Below, piece after piece: positions 1 to 9,181 of a stretch of 64,000 nucleotides of DNA. Position 1 is the stretch's first letter, and every line of letters begins with the position of its first letter. Under the pieces are notes generated by a model that was not told the origin of the DNA, did not search any database, and worked only from the letters and a program-made list of their open reading frames with translations. Made by a program: the position numbers and the translations under genes. The stretch comes from an uncultured bacterium (GTDB taxonomy: Bacteria > Actinomycetota > Acidimicrobiia > Spongiisociales > UBA5794), in assembly GCA_963801165.1 (NCBI GenBank), contig CAWDDT010000006.1, positions 96,001 through 160,000 on the forward strand, read 5' to 3'.

Positions 1-145
1 CAGCCGTGGCGCTGTCTGGCGTTGTGTACATTGCACCAACCAGCGCGACGCCGGCCATTGCCGAGGCAGCGCCTGTCAGCATTCGGGACCGTTTCGCCGG
101 GTGTCGACGTCTATTCGGTGGTCTGGGTGTGGTCTGATTTGTCAT
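1..145 (-). CDS. Hypothetical secreted or membrane-anchored protein, 5' part only (runs off the window)
   Basis: Read by hand on the minus strand: AGGAGG RBS, ATG at 145, MTNQTTPRPPNRRRHPAKRSRMLTGAASAMAGVALVGAMYTTPDSATA...; basic N-region followed by a hydrophobic stretch. Confidence 0.6.
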   Translation of the reverse strand, partial: MTNQTTPRPPNRRRHPAKRSRMLTGAASAMAGVALVGAMYTTPDSATA

Positions 146-443
146 TTCGGTACCTCCTGTACTGACACCGATGATCACGAGGGACTCTGGGAGACAGCTT
201 TGAGCGGGTTATGAGGCGGGTAGGAGGATCCTCAGGGAACCCGGTGAATCCGGAGTCGCTTCGCCGACGCCATGGGAGGATGTGTCATCGGGGCAGTACG
301 CCGCGGGCATGAAATGTGCGGGAGCTGCGATGATCGGTCGATTGCACGTTGCGACCGGTCTGGGTGTCGGATCCGGACGCGGCCGCAGCGTTCGTGCCGC
401 CAATACGCCGAGCTGCTACGGGGTGTCTCGGATGTCCGCCGGG

Positions 444-1433
444 TCAGCGGTCAGAGTGGGGGAAGCCCTCCAGGCTCAGGATACCGATTATGTCGCCATG
501 GGTCTCCCGGCGGGCAGCGGACACCGGAAGTCCCGTCGCGTCGACGATCCGGTTGTACAGCTCGAAAGCGCCGGCCACGGCCGCCGCTCGCACTGCGGGG
601 ACGGGCCCGATGACGGCGGCGAGCGCTGCCGCGGGCGTGGCGTCGACGGTGGTACCTACCGCGGCATTGCCCAGAGCAGCAAGCTCGGCACCGCCGGGCA
701 CACCGACGGGGGTTCCGGGGCGAAGCAAGGCGGCAAGGTCGACATCCCGTCCCGTTGACTGGGCGCTCCACCTGAGCATCCCTGCGTGCGCGAGTGTTCA
801 GTAGAAGCAGTTGTTGGCGTGGGAAACAGTGCTGGCGACGATCTCGATCTGGGTCCGATGGAGGTCGTCGATGGTTGTGTCGGGGTCCTCCATTTGTGCA
901 CCGGTCATATATAGCGTCTCTGCGGTGACGTTCGTGGCCGCCTGAGCGGGAGGCACCAGGGACAGCACGTTGGGCGGTACCGGAAGGTCGGTCATCGACA
1001 CCCAAGTCTTGCCGCGCTTGGGCAGGCCAGCCGGAGCCACCGCAACGGGCGCGCCCGGTACCGGGTCAGGGAACGGCTCGGGGGCGACACCGACGAGACG
1101 CGAGAACGTGTCGACCGCGACAACACGGGCTACCAAGCCGACAAGCTCGACATATGCGGGTTCGCCGACCGCGGTGACGCAGCTCTCGACGAACGCTTGT
1201 GACGTTGCCGACGGTGAGGCGGAGAGCGTGCGAACGGTCTCCTCGATTTCAGCAGGGAGTCCGGTGGCCGGGGTGTCGAGCCGCAGGCGTGCAGCACGGG
1301 TGAGCCTGGCCATGGCCACCCGATCGGCTCCGGACCAGACGCTCCCGGGTGTGGCGAGGCCGGTCCATGTCTCCTGGCACATGGAGACGATTGAGGAAGG
1401 AATCGGGAACGGGCTGCCGGAAAATGCAAACAT
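444..1433 (-). CDS. AhpD/alkylhydroperoxidase-related selenoprotein (UGA at 798-800 read as Sec), ~329 aa
   Basis: ORF 798..1730 ends ...QIEIVASTVSHANNCFY-TGA and continues in frame as TLAHAG-MLRWSAQ (ORF 444..779), giving CxxU in place of the AhpD CxxC; ATG at 1433 is 7 nt after a TAAGGT -10 box (leaderless). Confidence 0.8.
761..782 (-). promoter_or_regulatory. Putative bacterial SECIS hairpin
   Basis: Minus strand GGGATGCTC-AGGTG-GAGCGCCC; stem begins 15 nt after the UGA, loop ~25 nt after it, with G in the second loop position. Confidence 0.6.
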
Positions 1434-1566
1434 CGAGCCGACCTTAGTGCACCTACGTGGGATGCGCTCATCCGGGTGGAATACACCGTAACCGTCCGCC
1501 GTTCCAGCCACTAGCAAGCCACATTCCACCGGTCTGCCAGGACTACATGGGGAGGAGCCAACGCTT

Positions 1567-3054
1567 GTGAGAACGCCCGGGGGGTCGAACTCTGGAGACC
1601 GGATTAGCGTGGCCGGATCGGGTGATCCGGCCGCAAATCCCGGGTCGTCGCCGCATATGAGGGTCGTTGTCGTCGTTGCCATCCTGGCCGCAGCCTGGGT
1701 TGTCTTCGCAGCAACGGATCGGCAACCCACCGGGAGGGGCGATCCTCCTCAAAACGATGCCGCGGCCGAGCTCGACCTTCTCACTTCTGCTCAGCCCTCG
1801 TTCATCGACGCCTGGATCCCGGGTGGGATCAACGGCGACGTCGAAGTGTCCACGATAGCCAGGCTCGGCGAGCATCTGGTCGCGGTCGGGAGCGCCAACG
1901 ATCGTGCCGGCGTCTGGACGTCGCGCTTCGGGGATCGGTGGGATGGCGTCACCCTCACTGGCCGTGCCCAACCAGAAGGGTCGTCGATCACGAGCGTCGT
2001 GCGCTGGGAGGGTCATACATACGGTTACGGGCCGTACGGTTCGGGTCTCGGGGTGTGGCGGGCGCAGTCGTACGACGAGTGGGAGTACGTCGCAACGGTC
2101 CTCAGCGGCGAGGCGGTCGTCGATGTCGCTGCGGCGGGAAACCTGCTCGCGGTGACTACCGAAGCCGGCGGCGCGATGGCGATATACACGTCTGGCGACG
2201 GTGTCGATTGGTCCATGGTCAACCCGCACGGTCTAGATGCGGCGAGCCGGATTCAGACGCTAGCGAGCTTCGACGGCTGGTTCTATGCGGCCGGGAGCGA
2301 CTGCGCCGATGGTGTCTGCCGCCCCTCCCTGCACAGGTCCGAGACGGGCATCACCTGGGAGACGGTCACGCTTCCGACCCTGTCGGCCGGCGTGATCAAC
2401 GACATCGTCACGACCGGGCGCGGTCTGATCGCGGTAGGCACCGTGGAGGCCGGGGATGGCGCCAGCCAGGCTCTCATCCTGGGCTCCGACGACGCTGGTC
2501 GCTGGCACGATATCGACGGTGGGGACAGCTTCGCTCAGGCACGGGTCACGGTCGCGGTGCTGGCCGCCGACCTCGAGAAGGACACGGCGACGCTCTTGAT
2601 CGACGGGGAGTCACACGAGATCGCCGAAGGAGCATCCGTCGTCACCGACGCTGGACGATTCTCGGTCGGTCGCATCGCTGCCGATCAGGCCACACTGGTG
2701 CTGCCCACGGGAACGCGGCCGGTCGCGGTCGGGGAGACGGCAATGCTCGTGGCCGGGGCAGCGCTACAGGAGGTCACCGCGAGCGGGGATCGGATCGTCG
2801 TCACGGGCCACCGGCCGAGCCGGGGTGCACCGGCGACCACTGGTGTTGCTGGTGTCTGGTCGAGCGCCGATGGCGGCGACAACTGGGTTCGCGTCGTTCC
2901 CGACGACGGCCGCTGGGGCGGGGCCGTCATCGCGTATTCGTCTGGTTCGTCAATTGTGTTGACAGCTCCCGCCGCCAACGAGGCTGCCACCTGGGCTAGT
3001 GCGTGGAGAACGCGCGCCGCCGACGAGCTTGACTACGCCGAACCCGGGGCGTGA
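1567..3054 (+). CDS. Secreted or membrane-anchored protein with Asp-box (BNR)-like repeats, probable beta-propeller
   Basis: GGAGG before GTG 1567 (alternative ATG 1657); hydrophobic N-terminal segment; repeated S-x-D-G-x-x-W-like motifs (TSGDGVDW, RSETGITW, GSDDAGRW, SSADGGDNW). Confidence 0.65.
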   Translation: MRTPGGSNSGDRISVAGSGDPAANPGSSPHMRVVVVVAILAAAWVVFAATDRQPTGRGDPPQNDAAAELDLLTSAQPSFIDAWIPGGINGDVEVSTIARLGEHLVAVGSANDRAGVWTSRFGDRWDGVTLTGRAQPEGSSITSVVRWEGHTYGYGPYGSGLGVWRAQSYDEWEYVATVLSGEAVVDVAAAGNLLAVTTEAGGAMAIYTSGDGVDWSMVNPHGLDAASRIQTLASFDGWFYAAGSDCADGVCRPSLHRSETGITWETVTLPTLSAGVINDIVTTGRGLIAVGTVEAGDGASQALILGSDDAGRWHDIDGGDSFAQARVTVAVLAADLEKDTATLLIDGESHEIAEGASVVTDAGRFSVGRIAADQATLVLPTGTRPVAVGETAMLVAGAALQEVTASGDRIVVTGHRPSRGAPATTGVAGVWSSADGGDNWVRVVPDDGRWGGAVIAYSSGSSIVLTAPAANEAATWASAWRTRAADELDYAEPGA

Positions 3055-3815
3055 TCCGGATGCCGGGGGACATCACGGCCGGCCATCTGTGTACCGGCCA
3101 TCGGTGTACCGGCCATCTGTGTAGTTGACGAGGTCGGGTCCTGTGGCACCGTGCGATTCAACCAAGCTGGATAACTCATGTCGACGCCCAGGGGGGTTAT
3201 CACTGATTCAGGCAATCCCGCGGCCGCCACGAACGCTGCCGCGGATTTCTCGAGCAGGCCGAGTCTCTGATCAGGGCCTCCCCAGGCCTCGAGGGCGAAG
3301 GTCCACACTTCGACACCGGCTACCGAGACGGCGGCCAACTCGATGTCACATCCGGGCACGGTCAGGTTTCCCGGGGTCACTTCCACGACTCTGTCCGGGG
3401 CGGAGAAGTGGTAGGTCCTGGTGAGAATTACCTTGTGTACGTCGGTCCACTTGTGTGCCGTGGCGCCCGGCCCCGGGGGCGTGCCAATTACCTTGCGCCA
3501 TTGTTCGGTGCGGCCCGAGAGACGTGAATCCAGGCACACGACAGGCCCGCGGGCGAGACATGTCTTGATCTCGAATGTTCCGCGATTGCGGCGCTTGCGT
3601 CCGACCGACGGTGCCGCGCCGACGAGATAAGAATCGTCGCGCACTTCGAGGCTGCCCCATCTTCCCGCCGAAGTGAACCAATTCACGAGCCGGCGCGGCA
3701 TAGGGCCCGCGGCGAACCAGCGGACCTCCGTAGTATCGAACGGGATCCGGGGGAGCGACGAGCCAATGAGTTGCTCCGAGCTGAGGCTCTCAAACGTGGT
3801 GCGCGCCGCTTCCAT
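3033..3815 (-). CDS. Hypothetical protein, possible CYTH-like fold
   Basis: TTEVRWF near the N-terminus, RDDSYL, and a C-terminal CDIELA...WTFALEA...SYPAWL pattern resembling CYTH-like proteins; start uncertain. Confidence 0.5.
   Translation of the reverse strand: MEAARTTFESLSSEQLIGSSLPRIPFDTTEVRWFAAGPMPRRLVNWFTSAGRWGSLEVRDDSYLVGAAPSVGRKRRNRGTFEIKTCLARGPVVCLDSRLSGRTEQWRKVIGTPPGPGATAHKWTDVHKVILTRTYHFSAPDRVVEVTPGNLTVPGCDIELAAVSVAGVEVWTFALEAWGGPDQRLGLLEKSAAAFVAAAGLPESVITPLGVDMSYPAWLNRTVPQDPTSSTTQMAGTPMAGTQMAGRDVPRHPDHAPGSA
3081..3123. repeat. 15-bp tandem repeat x~3 (GGCCATCTGTGTACC)
   Basis: Read directly; in frame in the 3' end of the 3033..3815 gene (TQMAG-TPMAG-TQMAG). Confidence 0.85.
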
Positions 3816-3911
3816 GAGCCACGAATCCTAGAGGTCGCGGACCCGCGCATCCAGGGGATATGGGCGCCCGCAGCACACGCAAGTGGTCGGTGGCCATGGG
3901 GGCCCTGCCGC

Positions 3912-4328
3912 TCACGGCGTTGTGGGTTCGTCGGCCAGCTCCTCGAAGATGGTCAGTTGCAGCCCTGCCGGGGCCTCGAGCCGCGAATTGAGAGAACGCC
4001 ACGGTGTCTCGACCGGGGGAGCCACGAGAGTCGCCCCGGCTTTCACCAGGGCATTTGTCATCACGCGGGCGTCGTTGACCTCGATGGCGACACGGATCTC
4101 GCGGCTCACCAGCCGACCCACCTCCAGATCATCGATCAGCCGCCTCTGGGCAGCGTTGACGATCTCGAGTGTGGCCCTGCCGGCCTGCAGCGCCATTACC
4201 TTCGCATCGTGATCGCTCTCGACATAGAACTCCTCCTTCATGCCGAGCGCATCCCGATAGAAGGCGACCGCCTGGTCGAAATCCTCCACAGCGACCACAA
4301 GCCGCAGTTGCCTGACCAACTGATCCAT
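3912..4328 (-). CDS. VOC/glyoxalase family protein
   Basis: VRQLRLVVAVEDFDQAVAFYRDALG...APPVETPWRSLNSRL; GGAGG RBS before ATG 4328. Confidence 0.85.
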   Translation of the reverse strand: MDQLVRQLRLVVAVEDFDQAVAFYRDALGMKEEFYVESDHDAKVMALQAGRATLEIVNAAQRRLIDDLEVGRLVSREIRVAIEVNDARVMTNALVKAGATLVAPPVETPWRSLNSRLEAPAGLQLTIFEELADEPTTP

Positions 4329-4616
4329 ACGTACACCTCCAGCGCGGAGGGTACCCGGACGGAAGGGGGCGATCGCGCTGTGACGAGAGGCGCACCGCTT
4401 CGGGCGACGTCGGGTCCGGGTCGAGCCCATCATCGGCCATATTGCAGCGGGGAGAGCCGCGGGACATAGCCGGCGCCGGATGGGCGAGCAAATGTCAGAT
4501 CATGTTGACGTGACACGGGTCCGAGCCATAGCCTCGCGACAGACAGCATGTTCTGAGCCCGGCGTCCTAACCTGTCTGTATCGCCGCCCGATCGATCCTT
4601 GCGAGGAGACCGCAAA

Positions 4617-6386
4617 ATGTCATCAAAGCCGAGGGTTCCGTCTGACCTCGAAATCGCCAAGGCCGCAACCGTTCGGCCGATTGCCGACATCGCCGAGAAG
4701 ATCGGGGTCGCGCCCGAGCACCTCATCCCCTACGGCTATACCAAGGCCAAGGTGCACCTCGACATCCTCAAGGAGCTCAAGAGCCGTCCTTTGGGCAGGT
4801 ACGTCGACGTGACAGCGATCACGCCGACGCCGCTGGGTGAAGGCAAGACCACGGTTACCGTCGGTCTCACCCAGGGGTTGGGTCAGCTCGGGCACAACGC
4901 CATTGCGGCGATTCGGCAGCCTTCGATGGGGCCGACGTTTGGGATCAAGGGTGGTGCCGCCGGTGGCGGGTACAGCCAGGTCATCCCGATGGACGACTTC
5001 AACCTCCATCTCACCGGCGACATTCACGCCGTGTCCGTCGCCCATAACCTCGTGGCCGCAGCCATCGACGCTCGCCGCTACCACGAGCGCAGGCTCAGTG
5101 ACAAGGAGCTCTCCGACGTTGGCCTGAGACGGTTGGAGATAGACCTCTTCGAAGGCACCTGGAAGCGCGTCGTGGATGTGAACGACCGGGCCTTGCGCAA
5201 CGTCATCATCGGCCTTGGCGGCAAGATGGACGGGAGGCCGCGGGAAACGGGATACGACATCGCGGTGGCCAGCGAGCTGATGGCGATCCTTGCGCTCGCC
5301 GACGGCGACTCGTATCGATCCGCGCTCAGGAGCCTCCGGGAGCGGGTCGGCAACGTCGTCATCGGGCCCGATCGTTATGGCAAGCCGGTAACCCTCGACG
5401 ATCTCGAGGTCGCGGGTGCCGTGACGGTTCTCATGAGAGACGCCCTGCACCCCAACCTGATGCAGACGCTCGAAGGGCAAGCGGCCTTTGTCCACGCCGG
5501 ACCGTTCGCCAACATTGCACATGGGAATTCGTCCATCCTCGCCGACCGGGTGGCTTTGCGGCTGGGCGACTACGTCGTTACGGAGTCGGGGTTCGGCGCC
5601 GATATCGGGATGGAGAAGTTCTTCGATATCAAGTGCCGCATCTCGGGCCTGCGCCCGAATGCCGTCGTTCTGGTAGCGACCATCCGCGCCCTGAAGACTC
5701 ACGGTGGTGGTCCCCGTGTGGTACCGGGCAAGCCGCTTCACAAGGCGTACACCGAGAAGAACCTGAACCTGCTTCGTGCCGGGATCGGTAACCTCGAGGC
5801 GCATATCGCCAACGCCAAGAAGTTCGGGATTCCTGTCGTTGTCGCGGTTAACAAGTTCGCCACCGACGATCCCTCCGAGATTGACTATGTCAAGACCGCG
5901 GCGTTGGACGCAGGAGCTTTTGCCGCTGTGGAAGCGGACCCGTGGGCCAGCGGCGGACCGGGCTGTGTCGAGCTCGCCGAAGCGGTTGTGGCCGCCTGCG
6001 AGGAACCGTCCGACTTCAAGTTCCTGTATGAGTTGAATCGCCCTATCGCAGAGAAGATCGAGAAGATCGCGACCGAGATCTACGGCGCGTCGGGTATCGA
6101 GCTGACTCCGCAGGCCAAGGCGCAGATCGACGGGTACGAGGAGAACGGCTTCGGCTACCTGCCCATCTGCATGGCGAAGACGCATCTCAGCATGAGCCAC
6201 GACCCAAAGCTGAAGGGCGCTCCCAAGGACTTCGTTCTGCCGGTGCGCGAGGTGCGAGCCTCGGTCGGCGCCGGCTTCATCTACCCCATCACGGGAACGA
6301 TGAGGACGATGCCCGGCCTTGGCACAAGGCCTGCGTACATGAACGTCGACATCGACGAGGATGGCGAAGTGGTCGGCCTGTTCTGA
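4617..6386 (+). CDS. fhs: Formate--tetrahydrofolate ligase
   Basis: TAITPTPLGEGKTT, IKGGAAGGGYSQV, HAGPFANIAHGNSS, TESGFGADIGMEKF, MRTMPGL; GAGGAG RBS. Confidence 0.97.
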   Translation: MSSKPRVPSDLEIAKAATVRPIADIAEKIGVAPEHLIPYGYTKAKVHLDILKELKSRPLGRYVDVTAITPTPLGEGKTTVTVGLTQGLGQLGHNAIAAIRQPSMGPTFGIKGGAAGGGYSQVIPMDDFNLHLTGDIHAVSVAHNLVAAAIDARRYHERRLSDKELSDVGLRRLEIDLFEGTWKRVVDVNDRALRNVIIGLGGKMDGRPRETGYDIAVASELMAILALADGDSYRSALRSLRERVGNVVIGPDRYGKPVTLDDLEVAGAVTVLMRDALHPNLMQTLEGQAAFVHAGPFANIAHGNSSILADRVALRLGDYVVTESGFGADIGMEKFFDIKCRISGLRPNAVVLVATIRALKTHGGGPRVVPGKPLHKAYTEKNLNLLRAGIGNLEAHIANAKKFGIPVVVAVNKFATDDPSEIDYVKTAALDAGAFAAVEADPWASGGPGCVELAEAVVAACEEPSDFKFLYELNRPIAEKIEKIATEIYGASGIELTPQAKAQIDGYEENGFGYLPICMAKTHLSMSHDPKLKGAPKDFVLPVREVRASVGAGFIYPITGTMRTMPGLGTRPAYMNVDIDEDGEVVGLF

Positions 6387-6408
6387 GGCCCACAGGAGGA
6401 TGAGCGGG

Positions 6409-6612
6409 CTACGCCTGGGAAGAGCTCCGGAGCCTGTCGGCCAACGGGTCAGGGCCGTGATCCGGTATGAGGCCCTCGAGTGCCTTGAACTTGTGATCCA
6501 TGTGGGGGAAGTTCATTGCCGCCATGTATTCATTCTGGAAATCCGGATCGACGGGCAACTCGATCCGCTGGATCGTCCGGGCAATGTGTTGGGCTTCGAG
6601 ACGGAGCCGGGG
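6409..6612 (-). pseudogene. C-terminal remnant of a RACo/ASKHA (DUF4445-type) corrinoid reductive activator
   Basis: LEAQHIARTIQRIELPVDPDFQNEYMAAMNFPH resembles the RACo C-terminal IEL...DF..EY..AM.FPH motif; the upstream ~550 codons are absent; overlaps the metF tail in another frame. Confidence 0.6.
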
Positions 6613-7543
6613 TGGGGCCTGCGGGGACCACATCCGGTCGCGGGTAGAGCCCGAGGCGGGTCACGATATCCGGAAGGATGGAATGCCAGGACACAGCCAT
6701 GACGTGCAGTCCGCGCACTCCCTCGATCTGGCGCACCTCCTCGGCGATCTCCAGACAGAGGTTGACGCCCTCCTCGGCCGCTCGATCCTTGTCGAGGCCC
6801 TCGAGTCGCTTGACGACCTGGTCGGGCACATCCATCCCTGCGATCTCATCTCGCATGTACTTGGCCGCACGGGCGGAGCGTACGGGGCCGATTCCCGCCA
6901 GGATGGCAGTCTTCTCGTGGAGGCCCATGTCGACGACCCGTTTCATGTATTCCCGGAAACGGGGAATGTTGTAGATGAGTTGAGTCTGGATGAAGTCGGC
7001 GCCCGCCGCGATCTTCTTGGCGAGACGGATCGGTCGGAAGTCGTGCGGCGGCGCAAAGGGATTGGCTGCGGCCCCGATGAAGTAGCTCGGCGTGATCTTC
7101 GGAATCGGCTTCCCGTTCTCGAATACGGCGTCGTCGCGCATCATCCGCATCATGCGGACGAGGTTGATCGAGTCGATCTCGAAGACACCCTTGGCGTGCG
7201 GATGATCGCCCCAGATGGTGGCGTCGCCGCTTAGAGCGAGCACATTTTCGATGCCGAATAGCGACGCCCCCAACAGATCCGACTGCATCGCAAGCCGGTT
7301 GCGGTCACGACAAGTGATCTGGAGAACGGGATCGAGACCCGCCTGCTTGACCATGACGCTCGTAGCGAGGCTGGATGCATGCACGCGCGCCGACTGGTTG
7401 TCGGTGACGTTGAATGCGTCGGCATAGTCGGCGAGATGGTCGATCTGACGTCGGATGGCCTCTGGGTTGGGGCCAACCGGGGGCGAGATCTCGAGGGTCA
7501 GAGCGAAATGGCCGGCGTCGAGAACTGACTTGAGACGGCTCAT
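6530..7543 (-). CDS. metF: Methylenetetrahydrofolate reductase (MetF); last ~30 codons probably read-through into the RACo remnant
   Basis: EISPP, NVTDNQ, LQITCRDRNRLAMQSDLLGA, LALSGD, KKIAAGADFIQTQ, GLHVM. Confidence 0.92.
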   Translation of the reverse strand: MSRLKSVLDAGHFALTLEISPPVGPNPEAIRRQIDHLADYADAFNVTDNQSARVHASSLATSVMVKQAGLDPVLQITCRDRNRLAMQSDLLGASLFGIENVLALSGDATIWGDHPHAKGVFEIDSINLVRMMRMMRDDAVFENGKPIPKITPSYFIGAAANPFAPPHDFRPIRLAKKIAAGADFIQTQLIYNIPRFREYMKRVVDMGLHEKTAILAGIGPVRSARAAKYMRDEIAGMDVPDQVVKRLEGLDKDRAAEEGVNLCLEIAEEVRQIEGVRGLHVMAVSWHSILPDIVTRLGLYPRPDVVPAGPTPAPSRSPTHCPDDPADRVARRSGFPE

Positions 7544-8106
7544 TTGATGATTACCTCGGAAACGTGATGCGGCCCGTTGCCGCTACCGCTGGTCACCTGG
7601 TCTCGCCCGACAGCGAAGGTGACCCACGAAGCGGTCTTGTGCAGCCGCCAGTCGACCGGGGGATTGATCTTGCCGATCTCGTCACGATATGGGGTGCGCT
7701 CCGAGCGGATCACGGCCCTGGTCCACACGCAATCCATTTCGGGCTTGACCTCGCACTTGCCGTTCATTCGAACCCCACCACACGGCCCATTGCGGAGTTG
7801 CTTGGGACATGTCATGGGACAGGTCATCCCGGTGTTGTGCAGGATGCACTGGCCGCACATCTGGCAGTCGAAGAGCGGCTTCTTGACCAACTCCTCCACC
7901 GGTTTCACCCAGCGTGATGCCCGTGCAACCCCGATCCTGGTGAAAAGACCTCCCATCCGCGGCAGGACCGCTTCAGCGAGCTTCCATGTCCAGACGAGGG
8001 GAGCGGGGTTGTCCTGGAGAAGGAGCCGGAACCTACGCCACAGTCCCCGCTCCTTGCGGTCACCAAAGCGAAGCACATCGGCGTTGGCGTCATTGTCAGC
8101 GGTCAT
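7540..8106 (-). CDS. metV: MetV-like Cys-rich partner of MetF (MTHFR C-terminal domain family)
   Basis: FDCQMCGQCILHNTGMTCPMTCPKQLRNGPCGGVRMNGKCEVKPEMDCVW; stop overlaps the metF start (ATGA). Confidence 0.85.
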   Translation of the reverse strand: MTADNDANADVLRFGDRKERGLWRRFRLLLQDNPAPLVWTWKLAEAVLPRMGGLFTRIGVARASRWVKPVEELVKKPLFDCQMCGQCILHNTGMTCPMTCPKQLRNGPCGGVRMNGKCEVKPEMDCVWTRAVIRSERTPYRDEIGKINPPVDWRLHKTASWVTFAVGRDQVTSGSGNGPHHVSEVIIK

Positions 8107-8181
8107 GGTCCGCACCTATGTCAGTATGTCCGTATGTTTGCGAGTGTACTTGAGTCAGAAACGCGCCCGGTATGGGGTCCA

Positions 8182-9093
8182 TCAGACACCGTCCAGTATG
8201 CCCAGGACGCCGCCGAGCCATTCCACCGATGCGACGGTGATCGGGTCGACGACAAGTTGCACATGCGCGACACCTGATATGGCGAAGTTGGCAAGCGCTG
8301 CGGCAATCTCCTCCTGGTCGCCAGCGATGTACTCGTTACCGGAATGCGTGGAGTCACCGTAGAGACGTCCGGTTCCACCCGGCGCCCGTACCTGGACGGC
8401 GGCGGTCTTGGCCACCTCGACAGGGTCCCGGCCGGCGCTGCGGCACTGCTGGTCGATGGTGGCGATCATCGCGGTGAGCCCGTCCGGGGTGTTGCCGTAC
8501 CAGGCGTGCCAGGCGTTCCACATATCGACATGCGGCAGCGTCACACCAAGCAGGCGCGGTCCGATCGATCCGATCATCAGCGGGGGGCCGCCGGGGCGCG
8601 GCCGCGGTACCAGCTCGCAATCTCGCGCCTTGTAGTAGGTGCCGGCGTAATCGACGCTTCCCTCCCGCAGCAGTGTGCGGATGATCGTGAAGGCCTCAGC
8701 GAAGCGAGCGGCGCGGTGATCGAAGGGATAGCCAAATGCCGAGAACTCAGTGCGGTTCCACCCGGCTCCGAGCCCGAGGATGAGACGCCCGCCCGAGATC
8801 TCGTCAACGGTGGCGGCCTTCTTGGCGAGCATTGCGGGGTTGTGAAACGCGGTGGCGGCCACAAGTGGGCCCAACTGCACCCTATCGGTCACCGCGGCGA
8901 GGGCCGCCAGCACCGACCACGCCTCCCAGGGTCCGTGGGACTCCCCGTCGATCCGGTAGAGGAGATGGTCTCCGACCCAGATCGAGTCGAACCCGACGCC
9001 CTCGGCGGTGATGGCGATGGCGCTGAGCTCCTCCCACCGCACCCGGCGCTCGATTTCGGGAAGCTGGATACCGATCTGAAATGGGCGGGTCAC
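8182..9093 (-). CDS. LLM-class flavin-dependent oxidoreductase (luciferase-like)
   Basis: GFDSIWVGDH, EAWSVLAALAAVTDRVQLG, ATVDEISGGRLILGLGAGW; TATGCT 6 nt before GTG 9093. Confidence 0.9.
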   Translation of the reverse strand: MTRPFQIGIQLPEIERRVRWEELSAIAITAEGVGFDSIWVGDHLLYRIDGESHGPWEAWSVLAALAAVTDRVQLGPLVAATAFHNPAMLAKKAATVDEISGGRLILGLGAGWNRTEFSAFGYPFDHRAARFAEAFTIIRTLLREGSVDYAGTYYKARDCELVPRPRPGGPPLMIGSIGPRLLGVTLPHVDMWNAWHAWYGNTPDGLTAMIATIDQQCRSAGRDPVEVAKTAAVQVRAPGGTGRLYGDSTHSGNEYIAGDQEEIAAALANFAISGVAHVQLVVDPITVASVEWLGGVLGILDGV

Positions 9094-9181
9094 CCGGCGA
9101 GCATACCGGTGCGGGCGCGGCGGCGGCGTCCCGGTCACGGGCGGGAGTGACACGGGACGCCGGCTGTGAGCTACTTTCCGG

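Noticed and set aside
1434-1730. N-terminal extension of ORF 798..1730
   Set aside because: It overlaps the divergent gene at 1567; a -10 box 7 nt before ATG 1433 supports the shorter start.
4445-4500. Glycine- or ZTP-riboswitch-like text upstream of fhs (GGGGAGAGCCG...CGCCGG...GAGCAA)
   Set aside because: The CCGAAG and CTCTCAGG cores of the glycine aptamer and the conserved pfl/ZTP elements are missing; a cmscan hit would be needed.
4623-6200. Long antisense ORFs (4623..6200, 17908..19731, 27666..29042, 62524..63855 and others)
   Set aside because: They shadow well-supported genes on the opposite strand, as expected in GC-rich DNA, and carry no recognisable motifs.
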